Of a DNA stretch of 64,000 nucleotides, positions 48,009-58,786 are shown one piece after another. The notes beneath the pieces are model-generated. The model was not told the origin of the DNA. It saw nothing but the letters and a program-made list of their open reading frames with translations, and searched no databases. The translations under genes and the position numbers were made by a program. The stretch is from Candidatus Obscuribacterales bacterium (lineage in GTDB: Bacteria > Cyanobacteriota > Vampirovibrionia > Obscuribacterales > Obscuribacteraceae), in NCBI GenBank assembly GCA_965228855.1, contig CBDDIJ010000002.1, positions 1,152,001 through 1,216,000 on the forward strand, written 5' to 3'. Numbering within the stretch: the stretch's first letter is position 1; each line of letters opens with the position of its first letter.

Positions 48009-51000
48009 ATGGTGGAAAGAATGTCCGACAAATTAGACAAAATCGTAAATTTGCAGAACCGCACCGCACTGAGCATTTCGCTGGGTCTGGCATGCAGCAT
48101 TCCATTGGCTGCACCGGCAATGGCTCACCCTGATGCCGATCGACAAGCGTTGCGCGAACAAAGACTTTTAGAGCGCGCGGAGCGACGCGAAGTCAGACTG
48201 GAGAATCTGGCGCAACGTGGTGGCGCTAACTTCAACCTCAACTCTGGACGAGCAGTATTCTCAGCTGGCAGCCTGGGTAACTTCAATAATTTGACTATCA
48301 ACGTTGGTGGTCGCGATAAGGTCGTGGACCTCAATTCAAAACTGACCGCAGCTGAATTGGTTGCGGCTCAGCAGGTCTTGAACGGCGGTTCGCAGAGCAT
48401 CGTCATCGGACGTAACGGTGCAGCAGACGGCGGTACGATTTCTCTGAACACCGGCGTTCTCACCGGTCTGGAGCAATCAGTCGGTGGAAATATTTCATCG
48501 ATGACTGTCGCGCGAGGCGTCCAAGTAGTAGATAACAACAGTGGAATTGACCTGTCGGGTACGCTGAGAAACTTCGGAACGATCTCTGCAGCTAACGAAT
48601 TAAGCGGCGCAACCAACACCATCTCGGCTGACACCATTATCAATGGTCGTGGTGGTGCAATTGAATCTTATAGCGGTTCAGATCTCTTCGCCGCTGATGT
48701 GGCGCTCAACGCCGCTACATCTTTGACAAACAACGGATCGATTTCCAGTGCTGGAAATCTGACCATCACGGCTCCAGTGATAAGCAACGTCAGAGATGGA
48801 AGCGCTACTCCGACAATGACGGCTGGTCTCAATGTAAATTTGAATACCGCCAACCTGATAAATGATGGTTTGATCGCGGCGAACGCCGGTAACGTCAATG
48901 TCAACAATGCTGCCGGACTGACAGTAGCCGGCGCAGGGACACTGCAGGCGAGCGGTGACATTAACTTCGATACCACCAATTCCGATATCACCGTAGCTGG
49001 TGGCAACCTCCTTTCGCAAAACGTCAACTTCAACTCAGGTGTCGATGGCAAAGTCAATGCTTCCTTCGGTGAAGCGACAGGGACCATCAACGCTGAAGGG
49101 TGTGTGGTTCATCTTTATGCCGATTCATCCGCTCTAAATCTGGGTGACATCACCGCTTATGGTGACCCCATAATCACGAACACCGGAGACATTCACATCA
49201 CCGGTGCCATCGCTGCGACCAACGGTGCTCCTCTCACATTGATCGCCGGCGGCAACATCGTCAGTGATGCCGGCAACGTCGGATTGAACACCTCCAGCGC
49301 TGTGGGCGATGGTGGAGACTTGAGCCTGATCGCAGGTGCAACATTCAAAACAGATAAGAAGACCGGAAATATTGTTGTCTCCAAGAAGAGCAAGACCGGT
49401 GGTCTAATCGACCTTACCGGTGGCAACGGTGGCACTGGAGCGATAGCTTCGATCACCACCAGCTCGGCGACCGGAACGGCCGGCGACATTCAGATGGTGG
49501 CATTTGCCGCTAAGACTGTCGGTTCGGGTAGTGTCATTCTCCCGACCGGCGTCACCGTCACTGCGTTAGGCGCGACAGGCGACGGCTCGGTCACTATCAT
49601 CGGTAGCACCAAGGAAGGAACCGCGGTCGATGCGGGCAACATCGATGCCGGCTCGATCTTGATCGGTTCTGGAACTCCTGGATACCCGAAAGGTGGAGTT
49701 GCATTTGATCCGGTCACTGGTGCTCTATTGTCAGCACCATTCAGCATTAAGTCAGCAACTGCTGGAACGGTCAACATCAATGGCGCGGTTTTCGCAAGTG
49801 GTGATTTGAATGTCACTACCGGCGGTGCTCTTAATGTGATTGGCAGCTTGAATGCTGAATCAGAATCGGAAAATATGAACATCACCGCAGGTACAGTCAA
49901 TGTAGCTGCAGGTGGTTCGATCCTGAGCGATGACAACGAAGTTGTCACAATCAAAACATCGGATGCGTTCACTCTTGATGGAACCATCTCGGTTGGAACG
50001 TTGAACCTCACTGCTGATTCATTATTGATTAGCACGACTGGTGCGATGCTCGACAAGCTCGACAATGTCACGACCAAGGGTGCAATTCAAGTTGACGGAC
50101 AACTAGGAAGGCAACCTGGGGTCATTGATCCGACGCGGGCAACAACAACGCTTAACGTCACCGCAGGTGGTGCATTTGTAATCGGTGCCACTGGCAACGT
50201 ATCGGCTGACGGCTCGATAACTGGTTCTACTTTCCAGAATGATGGGTCGAGCGTAGGCAATTTGACCTACACGGCTACAAGCAAGAAGGCCGGCGGTTTT
50301 GTCAACAATGGATATATTGATGGACTCAATGTCACCGTAAATTCGACCTTCATTCAAAACGCGTCAGGTGCACAATTGCAGGCGACACTGCAGACGCTGC
50401 CTACCGACATTCCGACCTTGACGTTGAATACGACAAATATCGACAACCAGGGTCAAATCGGAGCAATCGGAGCATGGAAGGAAAGCCCGGGCGTTCTTTC
50501 CATCAACTCTACAAAGGGACTCACCATCACTGGCGTTGATGGCGGTTTCTTCACAGACTTCCAGAGCACGGTTTCGCTAACCGCAGCCGGCGATATCGTA
50601 ATTGGTGGCAATGACGGTGTGACTAACTCCAATCCGTTCTCCGCTATCGAAAACAATCCTGGACTGGGAGCATTCAACGTCGAAACGACCGGGGCGTTTG
50701 AAAGCACGATTTCGAACATCACCGTGCAAAGCGATGGCGAAGGTAACTACGGAACAATCAATATTGTTGCGAAGAGCATCGATTACAACGGCGTGGGCGC
50801 AGCGCCGGCCTACGACTTTATCGCGACCGGCGATGCTGAATCGACTGGAAAAGCTCCAGTCAGCATCGAAATCACCGGCAAGCAAGGGATCACTTTCGGA
50901 ACAGCTCCCGGCAATATAAATGTCGAGATATATGGTTTCGACAAGACAAACACGGCATCATTCATTACGCCGACCAATTTGAACGTCAATATGGCGAATC

Positions 51001-54000
51001 TGATTCTGCAAGGCGATCCTGGATCGGACGGCGCTGTTGGTCTGGTTCTGGAAGGAACTAAGAACCTGCTGATCAGCGGCAATGTTGTTGGTGGTGATAA
51101 CGTCACCATCACGACGGCGAACAAGAAAGGATTTGAAATCGGAGATGCGACGGTAGCCGGTCAGACTGGTATCGCCGCTGGTGAAGGTATTTCATCAACG
51201 GATACCCTCACTATCAACGCGCCTGGCAAAATCTCAATTAATCCGTCGTATCGGCTGTCTGCCACTAACGACGTGATCTTGAACAGCCCTGGCTTGATCG
51301 TTCAAAACGGTGGTGACATCATCCCGCTTGATCCGGCTGAGACACTGACCGTCACACTCAATGCCGGTGCTTCATCGAAAGCCGAATACAGCAACTTCAA
51401 CACGAACGGTTTGTTGTCAGCTGCAATTCTTCAATTGAATGCAACGGGAACGCTCACGTTGAATTCCGGGTCGAATCAGGTCCAAACCTATCTCTCGATA
51501 GGTATCGATCCGGATGGTCCTGGAAGTCTCGCTGGTGGTGGTTCATTCATCATCACAGCTGCAGATATCAAATATAGTTCCAAGGGCATCTTCTTCGATG
51601 CTTCGTCGGACGCGCCCGGAACTCCAAACGGAGGGACTGTAGAAATCACCTTGACCTCGACCAAGACGAAGAAGATTGGTCTCGGGAACGGAGCCATTCG
51701 AGCTGACGTTGCTTCTGAAATTGGCTACTTCGCTCCAGAGGGTGCAGGCACTTTCCGCCTGAGCCAGGCTGGAGCTATTCAGGCTACGGACGTACTCACC
51801 GGAGCGATTGACTTTGGTTATTCCGGTGCCTTCGAACTGACGTCGACGGGTTCGACAGTTTCAGCCTCCGAAGTATCGGGCTTCTTCGGTACTTTGTTCG
51901 CACTTCAAAGTAACAGCACGACCGCGCTTCTGGCTCAAGGGGCCGGAAAGAACGGTGTACAGGATGACAATTTCGTCGTGTTTGGTGGCAATATTGTCTT
52001 CGAAAACACTGGCGCTGTCGTCACCAACGGAGCCATCCTTGCCGGTACCGAACTTAACTTGACCTCAAATACCGAACTGGACTTGAGGCAAAATACTGGA
52101 GCGGGTTCGTTCTTCACGAATGGCTTCAACTTCTATGCATTTGCCAATCCTGACGGTGGTGGTGTCATTAATATGACGGCACCTAAGATCACAGTCAGCA
52201 ATCAGACTGGCGTGACGGTCGGAGCCGAGAATGGTATCACTGCTGCAGTGATAAATATCACGACGACCGATACCTCTAATGCTGGTAACATCACCATCGA
52301 TGCGCCATCCACCGGCGGTGCATTCTACTTGGATGTTGCCGACGGGGCTGCCGGAATCGGCGGCACGATTAACGTGACAGCAGGCAATATTCTCCGCGTC
52401 AACGGTGCTGGTCTCAATTTCGGACTGGATCCAGTAGCAGCCAAAGGCTCCGTTTTGTCGCTGACCTCAGGTCAAGCTACCGATACATATAAAGGTGGAA
52501 ACCTGGTGTTCAATAACCCCTCAGCAGCTGGGTTAGCTGGGCTGGGCTTCGGAACGGTCACGTTTAACAGCGGCAGCAGTTCTACGTTCTCGTTAAACGG
52601 AGTCAATGCAAATACAGGTAATGGTCTCTCTGATGGAGCACTAGCCGCCGGTCATATCATCATCTCGCCTAGAGGTGGTAACGGAGTGATCGACACAACC
52701 GACTACGCGCTCATCACGAACAATCTTGAGTTGCTAGCCACCACCATCAACTTCGATAATCAAACGATTAGCGTAGTTTCGGATGGCGCGGCCATTGGCA
52801 CAGGTAATATAAGTGGCAACGGCGGCTCAATCACAATTACCTCATCTGATTTGCGCTTCAGCAATCAGGGCGGGGTTCTTCTGCAAGCGCAAGCAAATCC
52901 TGCTATCGCAGGTTCTGTCGGCGGCACTATCGATATCACTGATTCAAGCACCCGCGTACTGGAGCTCGGTGCCGATGGATTCAGTTTCGACGTGAGCAAC
53001 TCCGGTGTAGGAGTGGGTCAGAAGGGTGGTTCGGTTTCTGTAAGCAAGACAAACAACGACCTGTTGGTGGATGGAAATGCTTTCACTTACGGCACTAATG
53101 TTGGCGGACTGCTTGACCTCAGTTCATCAGCCAACCTGTTGATCTCCAACGGTAGTGCACTGAACGGATACTTCCTCGATAAGGTGACACTGGAAAGCAC
53201 GGGTGGTGACCAGCCGTTCCAGTTCGGTGGTGCAACCGACAATGGATTCGCAGACATTGCTTCTGTGTTTACAGCCAGAGAAGTCGAAATCAACAGTACG
53301 GGAACCAACGCTGGAATTGACACCAGTGCAGGCACCGTATTTGCCTACATCCTGACGTTGAATACGTCGGGCAACGTCAACTTCCTCTCCGGTGGCGGCG
53401 TAACGGCACTCGCTAATCCGCTCAACGACAACGGAGGCTCAATCTACATTACCGCCGCTGGCTTGACCCAGTCCGGTGGCAGTGCTGGATATACATTGAC
53501 GGCAGCAGCTGGTGGCGCAGGTGGAGCGGGCGGTTTGATTGATATCACGCTCACAGGTACGAACGACCTGAACATCGGTACCGGTGATTTGAGCCTTGAT
53601 GTTTCAAACGATGGGGTCGGCTCGGCCGGCGGAATCGTCCACGTGAAGAACAACGGCAACGTCAATCTCGACTTTGCTGCTGTTGATTTCGGAAGCAACT
53701 TCGGAGGGCAAGGACCGGATGTAAATGTTCAAGCCAACGGGATTCTGCACGTTGAGAATGCTTCGTTGATTGCGAACATCGGTCTTGGTGGCGGACAGTT
53801 ATCGAACGCTCAAGTGATCGGAACAATCGCTCAAGACAACTTCCAGGTCATTACGATCACGAACCCGGCTCTGCCTGGTGGCTTCCTCAACATCATGTAT
53901 ACGAACCAGTCTACTGATACGGTTCAGTCAATCGCTGATGCCTTTGCAGAGTTGATTAACAGCAACCTGGAACTCCAGAATCTTGGAGTGTCGGCGATTG

Positions 54001-56318
54001 TTGATGAGAACGCTCAACTGACTCTGAGATCGACTACGTCTGGAACCACTTACAGCGTTTCATACAATCCAGATCCTGATTTCCACCTGGAAAACGGAGA
54101 CCCGATTCTTGCGATCAACCTATCGACGTTCACGACTGGTTTGACGCTAGGCTCTAAGAGCTCGCAAGCATTCGTTCTCGGTGGTGCCGCAGCTGGTGCT
54201 AACGGTATCGCTGATAACGGTTTGACGCTCGATATCGGAGCAATCAACATAAGTAACGTCGGTCTGATTCAGACTGCCACCATCGGCGGCCCCGCTAAGA
54301 TTGGTGTCACAGACAGTATCACCGTTACCGACGCGAGACTTGCGGATGGTTTCGTAACCGTGAGCTACACCTATGTTGATGGCGATTCTCGTGATGTGAT
54401 GGCTACCAACCTCGCCAACGCTATCAATGCGAATGTCGAACTGCAAGCAATTGGAGTTACGGCTTCTTCCGCGAGCGACGTAATCAATCTGTCTGCCATT
54501 GCAAGCACCACATCATTCAGCGCCGAAGCTGGCAAGACTTCAAAAGTTACGCTTGCGACGTCTGCTGAAGGCGGCAACATCGAGCAAGGAACTCTGGTGA
54601 GCCTTGGTGGTGCTTCGACCATCGGACCGGTCGCGTTGAATGCTAGCGGAGCAGTCGGTACTGCTACCGAAGCGATCCTCATCGCCTCAGGTGCAGGTGC
54701 GGTCAACGTCAGCGCCGGTCTCGACGCGAACGTTGAAATCGGCAATACGGTAAACACGATCAACACGACGGTCGGTGGAACCGCAAACATCCTCGTGACA
54801 GGCGGAGATGTAGGCGCAGTCAGTGGCTCTGCCGGCACTTTGAATTTCGAGTACGCCGGTGGAGTCGGTAACACGGCCACTGTCGGTCTCGCATCGTTCC
54901 AGACCACCAACGGTGATCTGAACTTCATCTCGAATGCTGAATCTTTGAATGTAAGTGGAACCGTCGGCTCAAGCTTCGGCAACATTCTCATTCAGAACTT
55001 GAGCACTTTGGGCTCAGCTAATATCGACATTGCAGCAAGCACGAAGATTCTCGGTTCTGGTGCAGTGACTGCGTTGAACCAGGGTAACGTCACGATCGTT
55101 ATCGGTGCCGCACCGCCGGCTTTCGTACCGGTTGACGGAGTTGCTCCGGCAGGCGTAACCATCAGAGAGACAGCGGGCGGGCAAGTCACCTTCGGTGCTG
55201 CCGTATCTAACCCGTTAGGTTCGATAACCTCCGATGTTTCTGCAACCTTCGAAGCGCTAGGACGTAACCTCGTATTCAACACCGGCTCGCTCGGCGCGAC
55301 TGCCATCACAGTTGGTGCTGATGCCATCATCACTGCTGACCCGCCGTCGGCAGGTGGTAGCTCGGTAGCCCAGATCCTGGCTAACATCGCTGCTGCTAAC
55401 GGCAGAACGACCGCCTCCGGCTCGCAATCCGGTGCTTCAGCTGCTCCTGCAGCGACTGGCAGCAGCGCTCGTGGTGCTGGTCTCGGCGGCTTCGAGTTGA
55501 CGTCAGCGGTTTCGAATCCAGTCACGACTGGTACTTCGATGCCATCGAACAACGCAGAGGCAACCACTGCAACCAATGTTCTCAACTCATTCAGCACGAT
55601 CAGCAACAACGCTGCTCCACTGGCTGGTTTGAACAGTGGAGCAATCCAATTCACGACTACCAGTTCTGCAACGTCTCGCGACATGCTCGGAACGTCATTC
55701 GGAATGGGAATTGCAGGTGCGCAAGAACAAGGTCTGACGGTGGACAGCGTCAAGCGCTCCAACGCCAACCTCTTGCTCGGTGAAGTGTCGAACGTGGAAC
55801 GTCGCAGTTTGAACCGCGGACCGCTGCTCGTTTCGCCAGTGAAGGACATGATTGTCGATACGCCTCATGGTTCGGTAAGCGTCGCAGCGAAATCGCTGTC
55901 GCTCCTTATCGTCAATGAGAACGGAGTCGCAATCTACAACTTGCACGATCACCACAAGCATGCCGTCAAGGTCCACAGAAGCGGACATACCGTTTCTGTT
56001 GCTCCTGGTACTTCAGCGATGATCTACGGTTCTAACTCCGGAGCATTCGAGGAAGTCAACCCGGCGGAGTTCATCCGCTACCGCGGTTTGCAAACTTCAA
56101 TGTTGAAGGATGCGAAACTCTATCGTGCTGAATTCGATGTGATTTCTCTGCTTGGCGCACTCCCTGCGTTTAAAGAGATGATGCAATCGGAGAGCGAAGA
56201 GACTCGCAAGGACATGAAGAACGTGCTGAAGACTGCAGCTATCTTGATGCAGTTGAGTGCAAACGGTCAGCCCTTCAAGTTCTACGCGAAGCCGCAAGTA
56301 ACTGCTATGTCGAAGTAA
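48009..56318 (+). CDS. Giant secreted haemagglutinin-like/adhesin-like protein, 2769 aa
   Basis: Signal peptide (…APAMA), extensive Gly/Asn/Thr-rich beta-strand repeats, low-complexity linker, globular C-terminal domain; alternative start 48021. Confidence 0.8.
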   Translation: MVERMSDKLDKIVNLQNRTALSISLGLACSIPLAAPAMAHPDADRQALREQRLLERAERREVRLENLAQRGGANFNLNSGRAVFSAGSLGNFNNLTINVGGRDKVVDLNSKLTAAELVAAQQVLNGGSQSIVIGRNGAADGGTISLNTGVLTGLEQSVGGNISSMTVARGVQVVDNNSGIDLSGTLRNFGTISAANELSGATNTISADTIINGRGGAIESYSGSDLFAADVALNAATSLTNNGSISSAGNLTITAPVISNVRDGSATPTMTAGLNVNLNTANLINDGLIAANAGNVNVNNAAGLTVAGAGTLQASGDINFDTTNSDITVAGGNLLSQNVNFNSGVDGKVNASFGEATGTINAEGCVVHLYADSSALNLGDITAYGDPIITNTGDIHITGAIAATNGAPLTLIAGGNIVSDAGNVGLNTSSAVGDGGDLSLIAGATFKTDKKTGNIVVSKKSKTGGLIDLTGGNGGTGAIASITTSSATGTAGDIQMVAFAAKTVGSGSVILPTGVTVTALGATGDGSVTIIGSTKEGTAVDAGNIDAGSILIGSGTPGYPKGGVAFDPVTGALLSAPFSIKSATAGTVNINGAVFASGDLNVTTGGALNVIGSLNAESESENMNITAGTVNVAAGGSILSDDNEVVTIKTSDAFTLDGTISVGTLNLTADSLLISTTGAMLDKLDNVTTKGAIQVDGQLGRQPGVIDPTRATTTLNVTAGGAFVIGATGNVSADGSITGSTFQNDGSSVGNLTYTATSKKAGGFVNNGYIDGLNVTVNSTFIQNASGAQLQATLQTLPTDIPTLTLNTTNIDNQGQIGAIGAWKESPGVLSINSTKGLTITGVDGGFFTDFQSTVSLTAAGDIVIGGNDGVTNSNPFSAIENNPGLGAFNVETTGAFESTISNITVQSDGEGNYGTINIVAKSIDYNGVGAAPAYDFIATGDAESTGKAPVSIEITGKQGITFGTAPGNINVEIYGFDKTNTASFITPTNLNVNMANLILQGDPGSDGAVGLVLEGTKNLLISGNVVGGDNVTITTANKKGFEIGDATVAGQTGIAAGEGISSTDTLTINAPGKISINPSYRLSATNDVILNSPGLIVQNGGDIIPLDPAETLTVTLNAGASSKAEYSNFNTNGLLSAAILQLNATGTLTLNSGSNQVQTYLSIGIDPDGPGSLAGGGSFIITAADIKYSSKGIFFDASSDAPGTPNGGTVEITLTSTKTKKIGLGNGAIRADVASEIGYFAPEGAGTFRLSQAGAIQATDVLTGAIDFGYSGAFELTSTGSTVSASEVSGFFGTLFALQSNSTTALLAQGAGKNGVQDDNFVVFGGNIVFENTGAVVTNGAILAGTELNLTSNTELDLRQNTGAGSFFTNGFNFYAFANPDGGGVINMTAPKITVSNQTGVTVGAENGITAAVINITTTDTSNAGNITIDAPSTGGAFYLDVADGAAGIGGTINVTAGNILRVNGAGLNFGLDPVAAKGSVLSLTSGQATDTYKGGNLVFNNPSAAGLAGLGFGTVTFNSGSSSTFSLNGVNANTGNGLSDGALAAGHIIISPRGGNGVIDTTDYALITNNLELLATTINFDNQTISVVSDGAAIGTGNISGNGGSITITSSDLRFSNQGGVLLQAQANPAIAGSVGGTIDITDSSTRVLELGADGFSFDVSNSGVGVGQKGGSVSVSKTNNDLLVDGNAFTYGTNVGGLLDLSSSANLLISNGSALNGYFLDKVTLESTGGDQPFQFGGATDNGFADIASVFTAREVEINSTGTNAGIDTSAGTVFAYILTLNTSGNVNFLSGGGVTALANPLNDNGGSIYITAAGLTQSGGSAGYTLTAAAGGAGGAGGLIDITLTGTNDLNIGTGDLSLDVSNDGVGSAGGIVHVKNNGNVNLDFAAVDFGSNFGGQGPDVNVQANGILHVENASLIANIGLGGGQLSNAQVIGTIAQDNFQVITITNPALPGGFLNIMYTNQSTDTVQSIADAFAELINSNLELQNLGVSAIVDENAQLTLRSTTSGTTYSVSYNPDPDFHLENGDPILAINLSTFTTGLTLGSKSSQAFVLGGAAAGANGIADNGLTLDIGAINISNVGLIQTATIGGPAKIGVTDSITVTDARLADGFVTVSYTYVDGDSRDVMATNLANAINANVELQAIGVTASSASDVINLSAIASTTSFSAEAGKTSKVTLATSAEGGNIEQGTLVSLGGASTIGPVALNASGAVGTATEAILIASGAGAVNVSAGLDANVEIGNTVNTINTTVGGTANILVTGGDVGAVSGSAGTLNFEYAGGVGNTATVGLASFQTTNGDLNFISNAESLNVSGTVGSSFGNILIQNLSTLGSANIDIAASTKILGSGAVTALNQGNVTIVIGAAPPAFVPVDGVAPAGVTIRETAGGQVTFGAAVSNPLGSITSDVSATFEALGRNLVFNTGSLGATAITVGADAIITADPPSAGGSSVAQILANIAAANGRTTASGSQSGASAAPAATGSSARGAGLGGFELTSAVSNPVTTGTSMPSNNAEATTATNVLNSFSTISNNAAPLAGLNSGAIQFTTTSSATSRDMLGTSFGMGIAGAQEQGLTVDSVKRSNANLLLGEVSNVERRSLNRGPLLVSPVKDMIVDTPHGSVSVAAKSLSLLIVNENGVAIYNLHDHHKHAVKVHRSGHTVSVAPGTSAMIYGSNSGAFEEVNPAEFIRYRGLQTSMLKDAKLYRAEFDVISLLGALPAFKEMMQSESEETRKDMKNVLKTAAILMQLSANGQPFKFYAKPQVTAMSK

Positions 56319-56348
56319 ATCGATAAGGCAGACTGGATAGGTAAATGG

Positions 56349-56376
56349 AAAGCCAGGCGTGATGCCTGGCTTTTCT
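56349..56376 (+). terminator. Intrinsic terminator after giant protein gene
   Basis: AAAGCCAGGC-GTGAT-GCCTGGCTTT followed by TCT. Confidence 0.8.
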
Positions 56377-56418
56377 GTGTCTTGGAGCTGTTTCTCTCGA
56401 TGGCCGGTGGTAGCAAGC

Positions 56419-56595
56419 TCAGTTTGGCAGGTCGGTGTCGAGATAGATTTCGTCGGATGAAATCTTGAGGGCGCCGCCTGGAAAGCTCTGTAGTTCTAAT
56501 TCGAACGATGAGGAAAAATAATCGGTGATCCAGTTGCTATCAACATTCCTGTGGACTGAGATGTGCCGACGATCTTGTGAAACAATAACGCACAA
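56419..56595 (-). pseudogene. C-terminal fragment of a Uma2 (DUF820) family endonuclease
   Basis: Manual translation LCVIVSQDRRHISVHRNVDSNWITDYFSSSFELELQSFPGGALKISSDEIYLDTDLPN* resembles Uma2 C-termini; in-frame stop just upstream, no N-terminal half. Confidence 0.55.
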
Positions 56596-56774
56596 TCTTG
56601 TTCAAAGCGCTTTGCCTCAGAACATTTGGATTTGCAGGCGTTTGGCAAGAGGATTTGTCGAAAAGGCGGTTGGTTTGTTAACGAGTAGCGCGGGCACCTG
56701 AAGTGGTGTCCGCGCCGTAGTGTTTGCGACGGGTGACTGCGAGCTTTTACGTCGAAGCTGAAGTACCGATTCAG

Positions 56775-57677
56775 TTATTTATTGCTGATGAATTCAGGTA
56801 TCTGTAGTTCGCGCAGGTCCGAAAGTAGGTCTCTACCGGTTGGCTGCCAGTCGAGTTCTTCGCGGGTTATGTCACTAGATGCGGTGCTATCCATTCCGGC
56901 GAACATCGCCATCAGTCCGAAGTATTTCGCCGCCTCTTCTTCTGAAATCGAAACGGCTGGAATGCCAAGCCGTTTCGCGAAGGTCTGGGTAATATCCTTC
57001 AGCGGAACGCCACTTTCCGCGATGGCGTGATAGCGTGCGCCGGCGCGGTGTTTTTCGAGCGCCAGGCGATAGAGGCGCGCGCAGTCGTCGACGTGGACAG
57101 CGGGGTAGCGATTGCTTCCGTCGCCAATGTACGCTGCGCTGCCCTTCTGCTGAGCGATTGCGATGAGGAAGGTGACTAGACCTTGTTTGGAACGGTCGTG
57201 AACCTGAGGGAGGCGGACGACCGATGCATTTATGCCTCGTTCAAAAAGCGCCTGGGCTGTGTGTTCCGATGCTCGTGGGTAGGTTGGTGAAACCGGTGGT
57301 GGCATGTCGTGTTCCGTCACTTCGCGATTTTTTCCGAAGAGGCCGATTCCGGATGTTACGATGATTGGCTTTTGGGTGCCTTCGAGCGCAGCGCCAAGGG
57401 TTTCGATTGCAATGGCGTCGGTTTTGCAACCGTTTGCGAAATCTGAAAAGTCATGGATGAAAGCCAGGTGTATAACGGCGTCGCATTCGGCCGCGCCTTT
57501 GGTTAAACTGTCGAGCTGTGTCAACGAGCCGCGCAAAACTTCGCCGCCGGCGTTTTCGATTAATTTTGCCGATGTGTCTGATCGTGCCAGACCCAACACC
57601 GTGTGTCCGTTTTCGACTAACTCTTTCGTAAGAGCTAAACCAATGAAACCGCTCGCACCTGTAATGAATACCCGCAT
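56775..57677 (-). CDS. Atypical SDR / NAD-dependent epimerase-dehydratase family oxidoreductase
   Basis: VFITGASGFIG, GLARS, VIHLAFIHDF, VVRLPQVH, AVHVDD.ARLY. Confidence 0.92.
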   Translation of the reverse strand: MRVFITGASGFIGLALTKELVENGHTVLGLARSDTSAKLIENAGGEVLRGSLTQLDSLTKGAAECDAVIHLAFIHDFSDFANGCKTDAIAIETLGAALEGTQKPIIVTSGIGLFGKNREVTEHDMPPPVSPTYPRASEHTAQALFERGINASVVRLPQVHDRSKQGLVTFLIAIAQQKGSAAYIGDGSNRYPAVHVDDCARLYRLALEKHRAGARYHAIAESGVPLKDITQTFAKRLGIPAVSISEEEAAKYFGLMAMFAGMDSTASSDITREELDWQPTGRDLLSDLRELQIPEFISNK

Positions 57678-57794
57678 TTTAAATTCTCCTTTCCACCGCG
57701 CGGCTGCAAACGCCCAAGGGGCGTCGATTTAAGAGCCGCAGCTGTTTTACTCTGTTATTCTCGCGCGTGGTATTATCCAGGTAAAGTAGTGGAT

Positions 57795-57808
57795 TTATAC
57801 TGGTATAA
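57795..57808. promoter_or_regulatory. Candidate operator between divergent SDR and XRE/MmyB genes
   Basis: TTATAC-TG-GTATAA palindrome, with related TATCCAGGTA and TACCAGGGTA boxes on either side. Confidence 0.45.
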
Positions 57809-57851
57809 CGAGTACCAGGGTATTGGTGGTTCCCAGTGGGCGGGTTGTGAG

Positions 57852-58718
57852 ATGGGTGAGAACGAGTTAGGTGCTTATCTTCGGGATAGGCGGACGAAGT
57901 TGGAGCCGGCTGCGCTTGGGTTTTCGACGAAGCGGCGGCGGACTGCCGGGCTGAGGCGCGAAGAGGTCGCGCAGCGGGCTAGCATAAGTGCGACCTGGTA
58001 TACGTGGCTTGAGCAGGGGCGCGGTGGTTCACCATCAACTGATGTTCTGGAGCGAATCGCTCTGGCTTTGATGATGACGGAAGCGGAGCGCGAGCACTTG
58101 TTCCTCTTAGCTCTCGGTCATCCTCCGGCGTTGAAGACCCAGGTCGAAACCGGCATTACGCCTAGATTACAGAGACTACTTGATTCGATGGAGGGAACTC
58201 CTGCGATGATCAAAACTTGTACCTGGGATATCGTGGCATGGAATAAAGCCGCATCAGCTGTGTTTTTCAAATACGAGGCGCTTCCACCTGAACAGCGAAA
58301 TACTTTGCGACTCATGTTTCTCAGTCCTGATGTTCGTGCTGCGCAAGCTGACTGGGAGAGCGTTGCCCGGTATGTCGTCGAGACATTTCGCGCCGATGTC
58401 ACGCGCGCAGGTTACGATGTGACGGAGCTAGTCTCGGAGCTCAGCAGCCTGAGCCCTGATTTTAAGCGCATCTGGAACGAGCACAATGTTCGAACGCATG
58501 GCGAGGCGATGAAGACATTGTTTCATCCGGTGGTTGGAAAGCTTCAATTAGACGTTTCATCGTTCATCGTAGATGGGCGTCCTGACCTGAGCATGGCGAT
58601 CTATGTTCCAGTCACTCAGGGAGATAAAGACAAAATAGCTTCTTTATTGCAGCAGACTCGAAAAGTTTCGGACTCCGAATATCAGGGACAGACTTTATCC
58701 AGTCAGCTTTCTAGTTAA
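57852..58718 (+). CDS. XRE-family HTH regulator with MmyB-like ligand-binding domain
   Basis: LGAYLRDRR, RRRTAGLRREEVAQRASISATWYTWLEQGR, WDIVAWN, RNTLRLMF, HPVVG. Confidence 0.92.
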   Translation: MGENELGAYLRDRRTKLEPAALGFSTKRRRTAGLRREEVAQRASISATWYTWLEQGRGGSPSTDVLERIALALMMTEAEREHLFLLALGHPPALKTQVETGITPRLQRLLDSMEGTPAMIKTCTWDIVAWNKAASAVFFKYEALPPEQRNTLRLMFLSPDVRAAQADWESVARYVVETFRADVTRAGYDVTELVSELSSLSPDFKRIWNEHNVRTHGEAMKTLFHPVVGKLQLDVSSFIVDGRPDLSMAIYVPVTQGDKDKIASLLQQTRKVSDSEYQGQTLSSQLSS

Positions 58719-58749
58719 AGGCGCGCTTGCTCAGGGTATTAACGGAAGT

Positions 58750-58786
58750 GATTGAGTTCTTCATTTTGTGCTTGAGGAACTCAATC
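58750..58786. terminator. Hairpin between convergent genes
   Basis: GATTGAGTTCTTCA-N9-TGAGGAACTCAATC; no clear U-tract. Confidence 0.45.

Noticed and set aside
48125..56297. Many antisense ORFs within the giant gene
   Set aside because: Expected from the repetitive Gly/Ala/Thr codon usage of the sense gene
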